A stretch of 63,918 nucleotides of DNA, counting the filler, from Lama guanicoe (taxonomy: Eukaryota): NCBI GenBank assembly GCA_013239625.1. It is 76 parts of 73 records of this genome, joined end to end, with 100 filler letters (N's around TTAATTAATTAA, not from the genome) between each part and the next. Parts side by side here need not be neighbours in the genome. Positions count along the whole stretch, not along the records: positions 48,975 to 49,543 come from PNXV01021753.1; positions 49,644 to 50,443 come from PNXV01021759.1; positions 50,544 to 51,136 come from MU056617.1; positions 51,237 to 52,033 come from PNXV01021764.1; positions 52,134 to 52,617 come from PNXV01021771.1; positions 52,718 to 53,182 come from PNXV01021772.1; positions 53,283 to 53,935 come from MU056620.1; positions 54,036 to 55,194 come from MU056621.1; 68 more parts are not named here. The stretch is one strand, 5' to 3'. Position numbers and translations under genes: made by a program. The number at the start of each line of letters is the position of its first letter. Within the stretch, counting starts at the first letter, position 1. This document shows positions 48,975 to 61,650 of this stretch, piece after piece. Under the pieces are notes generated by a model. It saw only the letters and a list, made by a program, of their open reading frames with translations, ran no database searches and was not told the DNA's origin.

Positions 48975-49543
48975 CCAGAATTTAGTATATGGAATCAGAT
49001 CCCAGAATTTAGAATATTGAATAGAGAATACTGAATATGGAATTGAGAATATGGAATGTAGAACACAGAATATACAATGTAGAACACAGAATATAGAACC
49101 CAGAATTTAGAACACGGAATGTAGAACACAGAATTTAGAATATAGAATATAGAATACTGAATATAGAATTTATAATACAGAAATTAGAACATTGAGTTTT
49201 GAATGCAGAATATAGCATTTAGAATATAGAATGAATAACACAAATTATACAATATAAAATACAGAAAAATACAGAATTAGAACACAGAATTTAGAACTCG
49301 GAATTCAAAAACAGAATGAAGAATATGGAAAAGAGAAAACTGAATATAGAATTAAGAATATAGAATGAAGAACACAAAATATAGATAATACAATACGGAA
49401 TATAGGACAAAGAATACAGAATATAGAATTTAGAACACAGAATATTAAATATGGAAAAGAGAATAAAGAACACTGAATTTAGAACATGGAAAGAAGAACA
49501 CAGAATTAAAAATATAGAATACAGAATACTGAATATGGAATTC
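48975..49543. repeat. 7-bp satellite
   Basis: Heptamer periodicity. Confidence 0.95.
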
Positions 49544-50543
49544 NNNNNNNNNNNNNNNNNNNNNNNNNNNNNNNNNNNNNNNNNNNNTTAATTAATTAAN
49601 NNNNNNNNNNNNNNNNNNNNNNNNNNNNNNNNNNNNNNNNNNNTAATTTTAGTAGAGATGGAATAGCATGGGCTTAGCTGAGAGTTTAGAAATGTCCCCC
49701 TCCGACATAAACTTAGGAATGAGTGGTAGAGTACTGACTAACTCAGCAGAGATCTTTCTTTGGTGAACTTTTTTTTTGGTGGGGCTGGGGGTTGCTCTTA
49801 GGAGGGTTGGGCAAATATTCCAGAGTGGTCAGAGAAGCAGATGCAGAAGGAGATGCCAGGTCCATCATGGGGTTTCATTTGGTACATGCTAATACTAGGC
49901 CAATTAGCTGGTAAACCACTGGCAAGTTTGATGACATGCTGCAAGGTAGGGCATTGCCAAATTAGGAAACTCAGGTATTGTACGCCATTGCTCATTGATT
50001 CTTGGAGTTTTCATCTCTGTTTCAAAAGAACTTGGCAATCTTGTGGTTTGGTTTAGAGAACTGTTTATAATATTCCTGGTGCTATACCATGGCATTGATC
50101 ACCTTCTCATGATTTAGGGGAGAGAGCAGAGTCAATGCCCAGGTAGCTGTGAATAATGTGTTCTCCTGAAGCTCTGCAGACCCATTCTTTTACCTGCTCT
50201 TGTATCCATTATAAACCTATTTAACTCCGAACTCTTCCAGAAGAAATAGAAAAATATGAAAATGACTGATGTAAGCTGTGAACAACTAGTTAAGAGTAAT
50301 AAATTTAAGTTCTGGAAATTAGTTCTTAAATGGTAAATAAAGGCTCCCACCCCAGTATTATTATGATATAATTAACATACAGCACTGTATAAGTTTTAAG
50401 GTGTGACACATAATTATTTGATTTACATATACTGTGAAATGATNNNNNNNNNNNNNNNNNNNNNNNNNNNNNNNNNNNNNNNNNNNNTTAATTAATTAAN
50501 NNNNNNNNNNNNNNNNNNNNNNNNNNNNNNNNNNNNNNNNNNN

Positions 50544-51136
50544 TTTAACCAGCAAGGCTATCCTTTTTGGTAGAAGGAGACATAAAGATTTTTTAAGACG
50601 TGAAAAAGATGCAAAAGTTCAGCAAAACTTGACCCAAGCTTAAAGAATTATTGAAAGGTCTTCTCTAAAAAGAAAAGTAGCAGGATGCTACAGAAATGTG
50701 AAACTCACAGCTGGAAAGGTGATAACCCATGAATTACAAATAAAATACACACAAAATTTTAAAACAACACATACAAATCACTGAGAGTGGGAGAGGGAGA
50801 CAGGAAAATAGAGNNNNNNNNNNNNNNNNNNNNNNNNNNNNNNNNNNNNNNNNNNNNNNNNNNNNNNNNNNNNNNNNNNNNNNNNNNNNNNNNNNATTAA
50901 TGGTCTAATGGACTTATATAAAAGGGTAACTAGAAGAAAAAAACTTATCAGGGTGTCACTGAAACTAAAAAAAAATTATGATAATACAAAACAAAATTAC
51001 CAAACCATAAAAGGAAGATGAAAGGAACAAAGAGGAAATACCAAATCAACTGCAAATATAAGGTCTAATTGTCAATAAACACAAACTTATCATCAATTAT
51101 TGTAAATGTTATTTGACTAAATGCTCCAGTCGAAAG
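50544..51136 (+). mobile_element. LINE-1 ORF1 end, spacer and ORF2 start
   Basis: aattattgtaaatgttatttgactaaatgctccagtcgaaag is a degenerate form of the endonuclease start IITLNVNGLNAPIKR. Confidence 0.75.
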
Positions 51137-51869
51137 NNNNNNNNNNNNNNNNNNNNNNNNNNNNNNNNNNNNNNNNNNNNTTAATTAATTAANNNNNNNN
51201 NNNNNNNNNNNNNNNNNNNNNNNNNNNNNNNNNNNNAAGGAGAGTGAATCAGTATACATTTACTTTAAAAAAATTAGATGCTTTGGGCATACACAAGTTG
51301 GCGAAGTTGAGGGTATGAACATTTATGTAAGGCATTCCTTTTGGGTAATATAAATAAGATAATGATAAAGCAAGAAATAAATTTTAGTTCAAATTATAAT
51401 ATACATCTTCTGTGTAGTAAGAGATACTAGTGCTGGTGATATATTAATTCTTAAGATGTTGAAAATGATCATAATGTTGTTCAAGTCCCTTATCACACTG
51501 TTCTGTGATGTGTGAAATAGCAGTGATACTACAGAATAGGGTGAAGTCCAGATGAGACGACACCTAAGGCAGTTGCTTTTGGTAATTCAAAAGCAATATT
51601 TAAAAAATTATGTGGGTATACATTTGTGTGGTGTGTATGTATAAACAGTTTCTTAACTGAGCCTCAAACGTACAAGTGAAAATAGTTCCATTAGTAATAT
51701 TTTACAAGAGTTAATTGAGAGCATTCTAATATATTGATTGACATCTTCCAAATCATTGTGTGTATGTACTGAAACTATAAAGAGGACTTTTTAAAACTTC
51801 CATTGGATTCTTATCTTTTCATCCTTCTGTTTGTGATGATAACAATTGCAGGCTGAAAAATTAGGTCAT

Positions 51870-52033
51870 GGGGGGCGGCGGCGGCGGCGGCGGCGGCCTG
51901 AGATCACAAGGGGCCCGGCGCGCCCCCGGCCCGCGCCGTGAGGCAGAGGCCTCGGCGGCCGTCAGCGCTGTCGCTCTGGGTCGTGGCGGGCGGGGCTCCG
52001 GCGGGGCCCAGGCTCGTCCCCACCCCAGCCCGG
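51870..52033 (+). other. GC-rich (GGC)n segment abutting AT-rich DNA; probable retrocopy 5' UTR
   Basis: Sharp compositional junction just after gaaaaattaggtcat. Confidence 0.5.
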
Positions 52034-52133
52034 NNNNNNNNNNNNNNNNNNNNNNNNNNNNNNNNNNNNNNNNNNNNTTAATTAATTAANNNNNNNNNNN
52101 NNNNNNNNNNNNNNNNNNNNNNNNNNNNNNNNN

Positions 52134-52617
52134 GATACAGAATACATAATATATAATGTATCATACAGAATGATGAACTCCGTATATTGAATATAGAATT
52201 CAGAATGAAGAACAAAGAATTTAAAACGTGGAATTCATAACACAGAGATTAGAATTTAGAATACAGTATTGAGAATATAGAATTTAGAATAGAGAAAGTA
52301 GAACACAGAATATAGAATGTAGAATTCAGAATACAGGATTTAGAACATGGAATGCAGAACACAGAGTATAGAATATAGACTACAAAATACAGTAATCAGA
52401 AATTAGAACAAATGCAGAACATACAGGATTTAGAATACAGAATACAGCATATAGAATGTAGAATATAGATTGTAGAACACAAAATATACAATATAGAATA
52501 AAGAATACAGAACACAAATTTTAGAAAAATGGAATGCAGGTCAGAAGACAGATTATAGAATACAGAATTAGAATTTAGAATATAGAATTTAGAACACAGA
52601 AAATAGAATATAGAATA
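52134..52617. repeat. 7-bp satellite (diverged)
   Basis: Heptamer periodicity. Confidence 0.93.
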
Positions 52618-53129
52618 NNNNNNNNNNNNNNNNNNNNNNNNNNNNNNNNNNNNNNNNNNNNTTAATTAATTAANNNNNNNNNNNNNNNNNNNNNNNNNNN
52701 NNNNNNNNNNNNNNNNNTCATTGGATTGACATGAACACAGAGTTCTTGGAACAGCAGGACAGAGCTGTGTAAAGGTTTGCTGTTGCCTTTGTTACTATTA
52801 TTATCACCAATTGAACCCTGAAATGAAGAACAAAGACAGTAAGAATTTTTATTTTAAAAGAATTTAAAAAACGATGACGACTGTTTGATTTAATCTATTC
52901 AAGTTTGCATTTGACCCTTATTAACAACTACACAATGGATGACTTTTGAGGAAATGTTACTTCATGTCTTTAATTATCACTAACGGCACAGGCTATTCAA
53001 CAGGAAGCAGTTTTATTTCCAGGAAGAGGGACAAAATGTTAACAATATCTCTGTACCTCTCGGTTCCCAGTGAGTTGGTTGTGACCTGTCAGCCCAACTT
53101 TGGGGAATTGCCCGCTCCTCCTGGGCTCT

Positions 53130-53161
53130 CTGAACTGTCCCGCGGCCTCCAGGGGGCGCTG
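53130..53161 (+). promoter_or_regulatory. CTCF motif
   Basis: CGGCCTCCAGGGGGCGCTG at 53143-53161 matches the CTCF core, with upstream ctgaactgtccc. Confidence 0.6.
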
Positions 53162-54035
53162 TACCCCCACACGAAACCAGTCNNNNNNNNNNNNNNNNNN
53201 NNNNNNNNNNNNNNNNNNNNNNNNNNTTAATTAATTAANNNNNNNNNNNNNNNNNNNNNNNNNNNNNNNNNNNNNNNNNNNNTGATCTCGCAAATCTGAA
53301 AGTGCACAGGACACTTCCATTAGTGGAAATGGAGCTTCTAAAGGTTCTCAGGTCTGCATTCTGATCTATGTCACTTTGGAGTGTTTCCAAATCAGCAAAC
53401 TCAGAGTACGCTTGTGCTTTCTAGTGCCATGGGGATGTCCCAATGAAACCAGTTCTTCCCAGAGCTTCTCTGTCTNNNNNNNNNNNNNNNNNNNNNNNNN
53501 NNNNNNNNNNNNNNNNNNNNNNNNNNNNNNNNNNNNNNNNNNNNNNNNNNNNNNNNNNNNNNNNNNNNNNNNNNNNNNNNNNNNNNNGGGAGATAATGCT
53601 GAAGGAAATGCTTCATCTTCTCACACCGTGGACTTTGACCACTTTTCCTTGTCCTCTCATCCTAGTAGCACGGGTGCACGAAGGCAATCACAGAGCTGTT
53701 GCACATCCTGTGCCTCAAACCAAACCGTAATCCCAGCCCAGGTTATGAATGTAGCAGATCCTCAAACTTTTCATTCTGAATTCAAACCCAAGGCCCCCTG
53801 GATCCCTCAGACCACATGCACGATTCCCCTAATTCAGCCCCACACGTGCTCTATTGGCTAAATGTAAAAATTGGTCCCTGTTCCTACAGATGCACTGGGT
53901 GTGGCCATGGGACATATCGATATTCTCAACCGCGCNNNNNNNNNNNNNNNNNNNNNNNNNNNNNNNNNNNNNNNNNNNNTTAATTAATTAANNNNNNNNN
54001 NNNNNNNNNNNNNNNNNNNNNNNNNNNNNNNNNNN

Positions 54036-55194
54036 AGAACCCAGAATTTTGAACATGGAATGCCGAACACAGAATTTAGAATACCGAATACGGAATATAT
54101 AATTTAGAACATAGAATGCAGAACACAGAATTTACAATATAGAATACAGAATACTTAATATAGAATTTAGAACGTAGAATGTAGAACACAGAAATTAGAA
54201 TATAGAATACAGAATACTGAATATATAATATAGNNNNNNNNNNNNNNNNNNNNNNNNNNNNNNNNNNNNNNNNNNNNNNNNNNNNNNNNNNNNNNNNNNN
54301 NNNNNNNNNNNNNNNNNNNNNNNNNNNNNNNNNNNNNNNNNNNNNNNNNNNNNNNNNNNNNNNNNNNNNNNNNNNNNNNNNNNNNNNNNNNNNNNNNNNN
54401 NNNNNNNNNNNNNNNNNNNNNNNNNNNNNNNNNNNNNNNNNNNNNNNNNNNNNNNNNNNNNNNNNNNNNNNNNNNNNNNNNNNNNNNNNNNNNNNNNNNN
54501 NNNNNNNNNNATTTAGAATATAGAATACAGAAAACTGAATATAGAATTTAGAATATACAATGTAGAACACAGAGTATAGAATATAGAATACGGAATGCAG
54601 AATATTGAGTACAGAATATAGAATGTAGAACACAGAAGTTAGAATATGGAAAACAGTATATAGAACCCAGGATTTAGAACATGGAATGCAGAACACAGAA
54701 TTTAGAATATAGAATACAGACTACTGAATATAGAATTTACAATTTAGTATGTAGAACACAGAATTTAGAATATAGAATACCGAATACTGAATATAGAATT
54801 TGAATATACAATGTAGAACACAGAATTTAGAATATATAATACAAAATACTGAAAATAGAATTTAGAATATACAATGTAGAAAACAGAATAAAGAATATAG
54901 AATACGGAAAGCAGAATATAGAATACAGAATATAGAATTTTGAGCACAGAATATAGAATATGGAAAACAGAATACAAAACCCATAATTGAGAACATGGAA
55001 TGCAGAACACAGAATTTAGAATATAGAGAACAGAATACTGAATATACAATTTCGAATATAGAATTCTGAACACAGAATTTAGAATATAGAAAACAGAAGA
55101 CTGAATATAGAATTTAGAATATGGAATTTAAAACACAGAATTGAGAATAGAGAATAGAGAATATAGAGCAGAGAATTTAGAACATGGAATTTAG
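54036..55194. repeat. 7-bp satellite
   Basis: Heptamer periodicity. Confidence 0.95.
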
Positions 55195-55294
55195 NNNNNN
55201 NNNNNNNNNNNNNNNNNNNNNNNNNNNNNNNNNNNNNNTTAATTAATTAANNNNNNNNNNNNNNNNNNNNNNNNNNNNNNNNNNNNNNNNNNNN

Positions 55295-55752
55295 TTGAAT
55301 AGACCCTTCCCCAGACAAGACATACAAACAGTCAACAAGCACATGACAATATCATTAGTCACGATGGAAATGCCAGTTAGTTCAATGCCACACCCCTTCA
55401 AACACACTTAGAATGCTTACAATCAAAAAACTGAATAAAAATAACAAATATTGGCAAACCTTAGAGAAACTGAAACCCTTAAACATTACTTGTGGAATTG
55501 AAAAATGGCACAGACTATATGGACAACAGTTTAACAGTTTGTCATTTCCTCAAAAAGATTAAAATACAGTTACCTTACGGTTCAACAACCTCACTCCTAG
55601 ATATAAACATCAAAGCATTAAAAAGAGGTGTTCAAAAAAACTGTACATGAATGTTAACAGCAGTAATATTCACAATGGCCAAAAAGACAGAACAGTTGAA
55701 ATATTCATCACAGGCTGAATAGATAAACAAATGAGGTGTTTCCATAAACTGC
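55295..55752 (+). mobile_element. Old LINE-1 ORF2 3' fragment
   Basis: caacaagcacatg...tcactcctagatata...tattcacaatggccaaaa is colinear with the L1 3' region. Confidence 0.8.
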
Positions 55753-56879
55753 NNNNNNNNNNNNNNNNNNNNNNNNNNNNNNNNNNNNNNNNNNNNTTAA
55801 TTAATTAANNNNNNNNNNNNNNNNNNNNNNNNNNNNNNNNNNNNNNNNNNNNTCTGCTCTCATAGGTTTAGCAGCAATATTTCACTAGAGGAGGCTGGCC
55901 AATGGGCCAAAAACGAAGAGAAAGTGGGAGTCACAGGTAGCAACCTTGCCCAGGTGCAACCACTATGCTCCAGTAGATACCCCTGTCTCATGATGTGTAT
56001 GAATATTAATTATATATGATATTCTTACTATTTCCTCATTTCTTTCCTTCTGTGTATTCTCCTCCTTTAAAATTAGGGTGCACACCAAAGAGATGTCATA
56101 TCTCTATATAATTACTTCAGTATCAAACTGTAAATCTGCAAGCAGCCTGCTGCAGTGCTGAAGGCTGGGGAGAAGTTGTTGAGAGAGCACTGCAGGGCTT
56201 CGCACTGAAAGACACCACTGTTTACACCTCTTAACTTAACCNNNNNNNNNNNNNNNNNNNNNNNNNNNNNNNNNNNNNNNNNNNNNNNNNNNNNNNNNNN
56301 NNNNNNNNNNNNNNNNNNNNNNNNNNNNNNNNNNNNNNNNNNNNNNNNNNNNNNNNNNNNNNNNNNNNNNNNNNNNNNNNNNNNNNNNNNNNNNNNNNNN
56401 NNNNNNNNNNNNNNNNNGTTCAGACCCCCCGTGGGTTCTGGAAGTAGGTTTATTACAATTGGCTGGATACCCATGTATAGGAGTGGATGTACCTACCACA
56501 GCTCTACTCCACATGTCCCACCCACTCCCACTTTCCATTCCAAACNNNNNNNNNNNNNNNNNNNNNNNNNNNNNNNNNNNNNNNNNNNNTTAATTAATTA
56601 ANNNNNNNNNNNNNNNNNNNNNNNNNNNNNNNNNNNNNNNNNNNNCAGGACAGTAGTTCTGTCCACTACTGAGTACTTTCAAATTTTCTTTAATAAGCAA
56701 ATATTAAAGTTATGATCAGAAAAGATGACAAGTAAGAAGAAACTTGAGGAAGGAGAATGGAAAGCTTTCCTGTTTCTTAAGAAATATTGAACCCATTAAG
56801 TGCTTGGAAGAAAAATGGAAATGTATCAAGTTTGTAAAAGTTCTGAAATGAATTAGAATTGATTCCACAGACCATGTAG

Positions 56880-57105
56880 GAGACAGTGCTATACAGTTAG
56901 TGTGTCTTTGGGCTCTTTGAGTATTTCAGTTCTTTCACTTAATAGTTGCTTCATTTGGGGCAAATTGCATCATCTCCACGTGGTTCTATTTCCTCATTTG
57001 TAAAAGAGATATAATACTACCTTCCCCACAAGGTGATTGTCAGGATTTAGAAAAACAGATGTGTTCTGAAGCAATAGTAAGCATTTAAAGAATCTTAACT
57101 ATTAT
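56880..57105 (+). mobile_element. MIR remnant
   Basis: tttcctcatttgtaaaa...ataatactacct...gattgtcaggatt. Confidence 0.65.
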
Positions 57106-57205
57106 NNNNNNNNNNNNNNNNNNNNNNNNNNNNNNNNNNNNNNNNNNNNTTAATTAATTAANNNNNNNNNNNNNNNNNNNNNNNNNNNNNNNNNNNNNNN
57201 NNNNN

Positions 57206-57681
57206 CTGTGTTCTAAATTCTGTATTCTAAATTCTATATTCAGCATTCTGTATTATATATTCTATATTGTGTGTTCTTCATTTTATTCTCTACATACTTT
57301 ATTTTGCATTCCGTATTCTATATTCTATATTCTGTGTTCTACATTTTACATTCTAAATCCTTTATTCAGTATTCTGTATTCTATAGTCTAAATTCTGTCT
57401 TCTGCATTCAATATTCTAAATTCCATATTCATTATTATGTATTCTATATTCTAAATTCTGTGTTCCTCATTCAATATTCTATATTNNNNNNNNNNNNNNN
57501 NNNNNNNNNNNNNNNNNNNNNNNNNNNNNNNNNNNNNNNNNNNNNNNNNNNNNNNNNNNNNNNNNNNNNNNNNNNNNNNNGTGTTCTGTATGCTATGTTC
57601 AATATATTCATTATACTGTATTTAATATTCTATGTTCTATGTTCTCAATTTCATGTTATAAATTTTGGGTTCTGTATTCTG
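57206..57681. repeat. 7-bp satellite
   Basis: Heptamer periodicity. Confidence 0.95.
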
Positions 57682-58123
57682 NNNNNNNNNNNNNNNNNNN
57701 NNNNNNNNNNNNNNNNNNNNNNNNNTTAATTAATTAANNNNNNNNNNNNNNNNNNNNNNNNNNNNNNNNNNNNNNNNNNNNGGATGTTTAAAAGTAGTTT
57801 TCTGTCAACTTACACCTGACAGAGGACAGCATTTGCCCATTTGATACTGTTGTGCTTATAAATTTTAAGGAATGGCTGACCTTTTGTTTTTTTTAGTGGG
57901 ATATTGCGTTCATAGTGGGAGAAACTCTTACAACAGTGTTTACACTTGGAATTAACATAGTAGTTATATTAAGGAATTCAAAACAGCTTAAATGAAAACA
58001 GTGTGAATTGTGTATATATATATATACATATTTAGCATGTTAACTAATGTGTCCGTGGCTTTGATTAGGGTCTCAAAGCCGTTCACAGTTTTGCAGACTT
58101 AACTTTCCTTTATTCTAGCTGGA

Positions 58124-58263
58124 GAGCTCCCAAGGACCAGACTGACTATGAGAACAACCCAGCCATGAAGGTGTTCTTGTTCCAGTTTGTCAACTACTAT
58201 GCCTCGTGTTTCTGCATCACATTCTTTAAGGGCAGATTTGTGACTTATCCGGGAGATCTGGTG
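58124..58263 (+). pseudogene. ANO6: Anoctamin-6 (TMEM16F)-like exon with frameshift, preceded by intron-like sequence
   Basis: ELPRT, a 1-nt deletion at ~58138, then [41 protein letters not shown]. Recalled ANO6 reads [47 protein letters not shown]. A polypyrimidine-AG tract lies upstream. Confidence 0.85.
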
Positions 58264-58363
58264 NNNNNNNNNNNNNNNNNNNNNNNNNNNNNNNNNNNNN
58301 NNNNNNNTTAATTAATTAANNNNNNNNNNNNNNNNNNNNNNNNNNNNNNNNNNNNNNNNNNNN

Positions 58364-59211
58364 AGAAGTATTCTTCTGTGAAAAATGAACGAATTCGAAA
58401 CTAGTGTTAAGGGAATCTTGTGAAAATGCGTACAGGAGTCTATATGAAATTATTCCTTTTATAGAGGATGAAAAATCAGTAATCCACATGCTCACAACTC
58501 AGGAATGCATGTTTGTCGAATCCGTCATGCATGTAACATGTACGGAACACGGAATATCATGTTGAAGGAATCTATTCAAATTACATATCTCTANNNNNNN
58601 NNNNNNNNNNNNNNNNNNNNNNNNNNNNNNNNNNNNNNNNNNNNNNNNNNNNNNNNNNNNNNNNNNNNNNNNNNNNNNNNNNNNNNNNNNNNNNNNNNNN
58701 NNNNNNNNNNNNNNNNNNNNNNNNNNNNNNNNNNNNNNNNNNNNNNNNNNNNNNNNNNNNNNNNNNNNNNNNNNNNNNNNNNNNNNNNNNNNNNNNNNNN
58801 NNNNNNNNNNNNNNNNNNNNNNNNNNNNNNNNNNNNNNNNNNNNNNNNNNNNNNNNNNNNNNNNNNNNNNNNNNNNNNNNNNNNNNNNNNNNNNNNNNNN
58901 NNNNNNNNNNNNNNNNNNNNNNNNNNNNNNNNNNNNNNNNNNNNNNNNNNNNNNNNNNNNNNNNNNNNNNNNNNNNNNNNNNNNNNNNNNNNNNNNNNNN
59001 NNNNNNNNNNNNNNNNNNNNNNNNNNNNNNNNNNNNNNNNNNNNNNNNNNNNNNNNNNNNNNNNNNNNNNNNNNNNNNNNNNNNNNNNNNNNNNNNNNNN
59101 NNNNNNNNNNNNNNNNNNNNNNNNNCGGAACCCGGCTTGTTGAAGGAATTCATGTAAATTAAATATCTACTAGGTTGAATAAACTCCAGAAGTATTCTTC
59201 TGTGAAAAATG
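58364..59211 (+). repeat. Highly diverged ~246-bp relative of the 248-bp satellite
   Basis: agaagtattcttctgtgaaaaatg occurs at 58364 and 59188, with colinear blocks gtgaaaa, gatgaa..tccacatgctca and ccgtc..ggaacac. Confidence 0.7.
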
Positions 59212-60550
59212 NNNNNNNNNNNNNNNNNNNNNNNNNNNNNNNNNNNNNNNNNNNNTTAATTAATTAANNNNNNNNNNNNNNNNNNNNNNNNNNNNNNNNN
59301 NNNNNNNNNNNGAGACGTGGGTGCCATGCTTCCACTCTCACCAAGAGCTCTACTTTTGAAATTTCTGGTCAGACAGCCATAAATACTCCCTAGCCCATAA
59401 ACAAAGAACAGTCCCTTTCACTCGGGGAAGGGCACACAGAAGGAGAACGGATCATCCCGAGAGCAGGAGAGGCCANNNNNNNNNNNNNNNNNNNNNNNNN
59501 NNNNNNNNNNNNNNNNNNNNNNNNNNNNNNNNNNNNNNNNNNNNNNNNNNNNNNNNNNNNNNNNNNNNNNNNNNNNNNNNNNNNNNNNNNNNNNNNNNNN
59601 NNNNNNNNNNNNNNNNNNNNNNNNNNNNNNNNNNNNNNNNNNNNNNNNNNNNNNNNNNNNNNNNNNNNNNNNNNNNNNNNNNNNNNNNNNNNNNNNNNNN
59701 NNNNNNNNNNNNNNNNNNNNNNNNNNNNNNNNNNNNNNNNNNNNNNNNNNNNNNNNNNNNNNNNNNNNNNNNNNNNNNNNNNNNNNNNNNNNNNNNNNNN
59801 NNNNNNNNNNNNNNNNNNNNNNNNNNNNNNNNNNNNNNNNNNNNNNNNNNNNNNNNNNNNNNNNNNNNNNNNNNNNNNNNNNNNNNNNNNNNNNNNNNNN
59901 NNNNNNNNNNNNNNNNNNNNNNNNNNNNNNNNNNNNNNNNNNNNNNNNNNNNNNNNNNNNNNNNNNNNNNNNNNNNNNNNNNNNNNNNNNNNNNNNNNNN
60001 NNNNNNNNNNNNNNNNNNNNNNNNNNNNNNNNNNNNNNNNNNNNNNNNNNNNNNNNNNNNNNNNNNNNNNNNNNNNNNNNNNNNNNNNNNNNNNNNNNNN
60101 NNNNNNNNNNNNNNNNNNNNNNNNNNNNNNNNNNNNNNNNNNNNNNNNNNNNNNNNNNNNNNNNNNNNNNNNNNNNNNNNNNNNNNNNNNNNNNNNNNNN
60201 NNNNNNNNNNNNNNNNNNNNNNNNNNNNNNNNNNNNNNNNNNNNNNNNNNNNNNNNNNNNNNNNNNNNNNNNNNNNNNNNNNNNNNNNNNNNNNNNNNGC
60301 CTTTATAGGTCATTTCATTACTCTCACAGCAGCCCACAAGCACGGTGCTAGGTCCCCTGTTTTACACGTGGCAGACGAGTAATTTTTAATCAGTAATCAC
60401 ACAGCTAAGAATGGTCATAATCAGCATTTGAATTTGATCCCTGTGTCCAGNNNNNNNNNNNNNNNNNNNNNNNNNNNNNNNNNNNNNNNNNNNNTTAATT
60501 AATTAANNNNNNNNNNNNNNNNNNNNNNNNNNNNNNNNNNNNNNNNNNNN

Positions 60551-61650
60551 CATCCAGCACACACGCGAAGAAGTTTTCTGGTATTCTGAGTGTGGGGAAT
60601 TTCCTAAAACTGACATGAGCTACTGGGTCCTATTAGTATCACTTAGCTTCTGTTCCCTGAGTGTTCCTTTAGGCCAGGCCATGAGGGAAAGCTGGGGGTT
60701 GGGCTTGGAGGCCAAGTATCAGTGAGTGCCCCCTGATCCACTGAGGAAGTACTTAGAGGACTTCTCCCTAAACGGAACACCTTTTCCTCCATTCATCTGG
60801 GTGCTGTGGGGCTGNNNNNNNNNNNNNNNNNNNNNNNNNNNNNNNNNNNNNNNNNNNNNNNNNNNNNNNNNNNNNNNNNNNNNNNNNNNNNNNNNNNNNN
60901 NNNNNNNNNNNNNNNNNNNNNNNNNNNNNNNNNNNNNNNNNNNNNNNNNNNNNNNNNNNNNNNNNNNNNNNNNNNNNNNNNNNNNNNNNNNNNNNNNNNN
61001 NNNNNNNNNNNNNNNNNNNNNNNNNNNNNNNNNNNNNNNNNNNNNNNNNNCCTGTGCCACCATAAAGATTCGTGGAGTCTGTTTCCACACCTCCAGCACA
61101 CACACGATCACTTGCACAGTTATCCTGAGGGTGGGCAGCCTCTTCCAACTGAGAGCAGGGTCTTGGTTCATATAAAATCGATTAACTTGTCTACCATTTT
61201 GGATGCCTGATACGGAATGCTGGGGAAAGGGTGGGTTGGGCTCTAAATCCAAGTATTAGCGAGTGCTTCTCCATGGGATTTGGAGGTTATTAACCAAAAG
61301 CCCACAACATGGGAATACCTGTGCTCCTTGAAAAAAGCGTGGACTCTGTATCCCCACCACCAGAACACACATGAAGAAGTTTTCTGCTATCCTGAGTGTG
61401 GGCTGGCAATTTCAGGTGACAGAAGCGGCTGGGTTCTAATAGAATCCCTTAGCTTGTAATCCCTGAGTGTTTCCCTAGGACTGACTCTGAGAGAAACCTG
61501 GGGGTTGGGCTTTGAGGCCAAATAGTAGCGAGTGTCCCCGATGGACTGAGGAAGTGTTTAGATGAATTCTCCAAAAAGGGAAACACCTGAGCACCCATTC
61601 GTCTGCGTTGAGTGGGGCTTCAAATCTCCCCACCACACAAGGTTGTGTTC
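60551..61650 (+). repeat. Diverged multimeric (~3 x 270 bp) relative of the 267-bp satellite
   Basis: gaagaagttttctg..at.ctgagtgtggg recurs ~807 bp apart across a gap, with ~270-bp subunits. Confidence 0.75.

Noticed and set aside
49798..50350. Cluster of short ORFs on both strands
   Set aside because: No recognisable motif or splice structure.
9369..57729. Many Tyr/Ile/Leu/Ser/Phe/Cys-rich ORFs resembling membrane proteins
   Set aside because: They are translations of the stop-poor strand of the 7-bp satellite.
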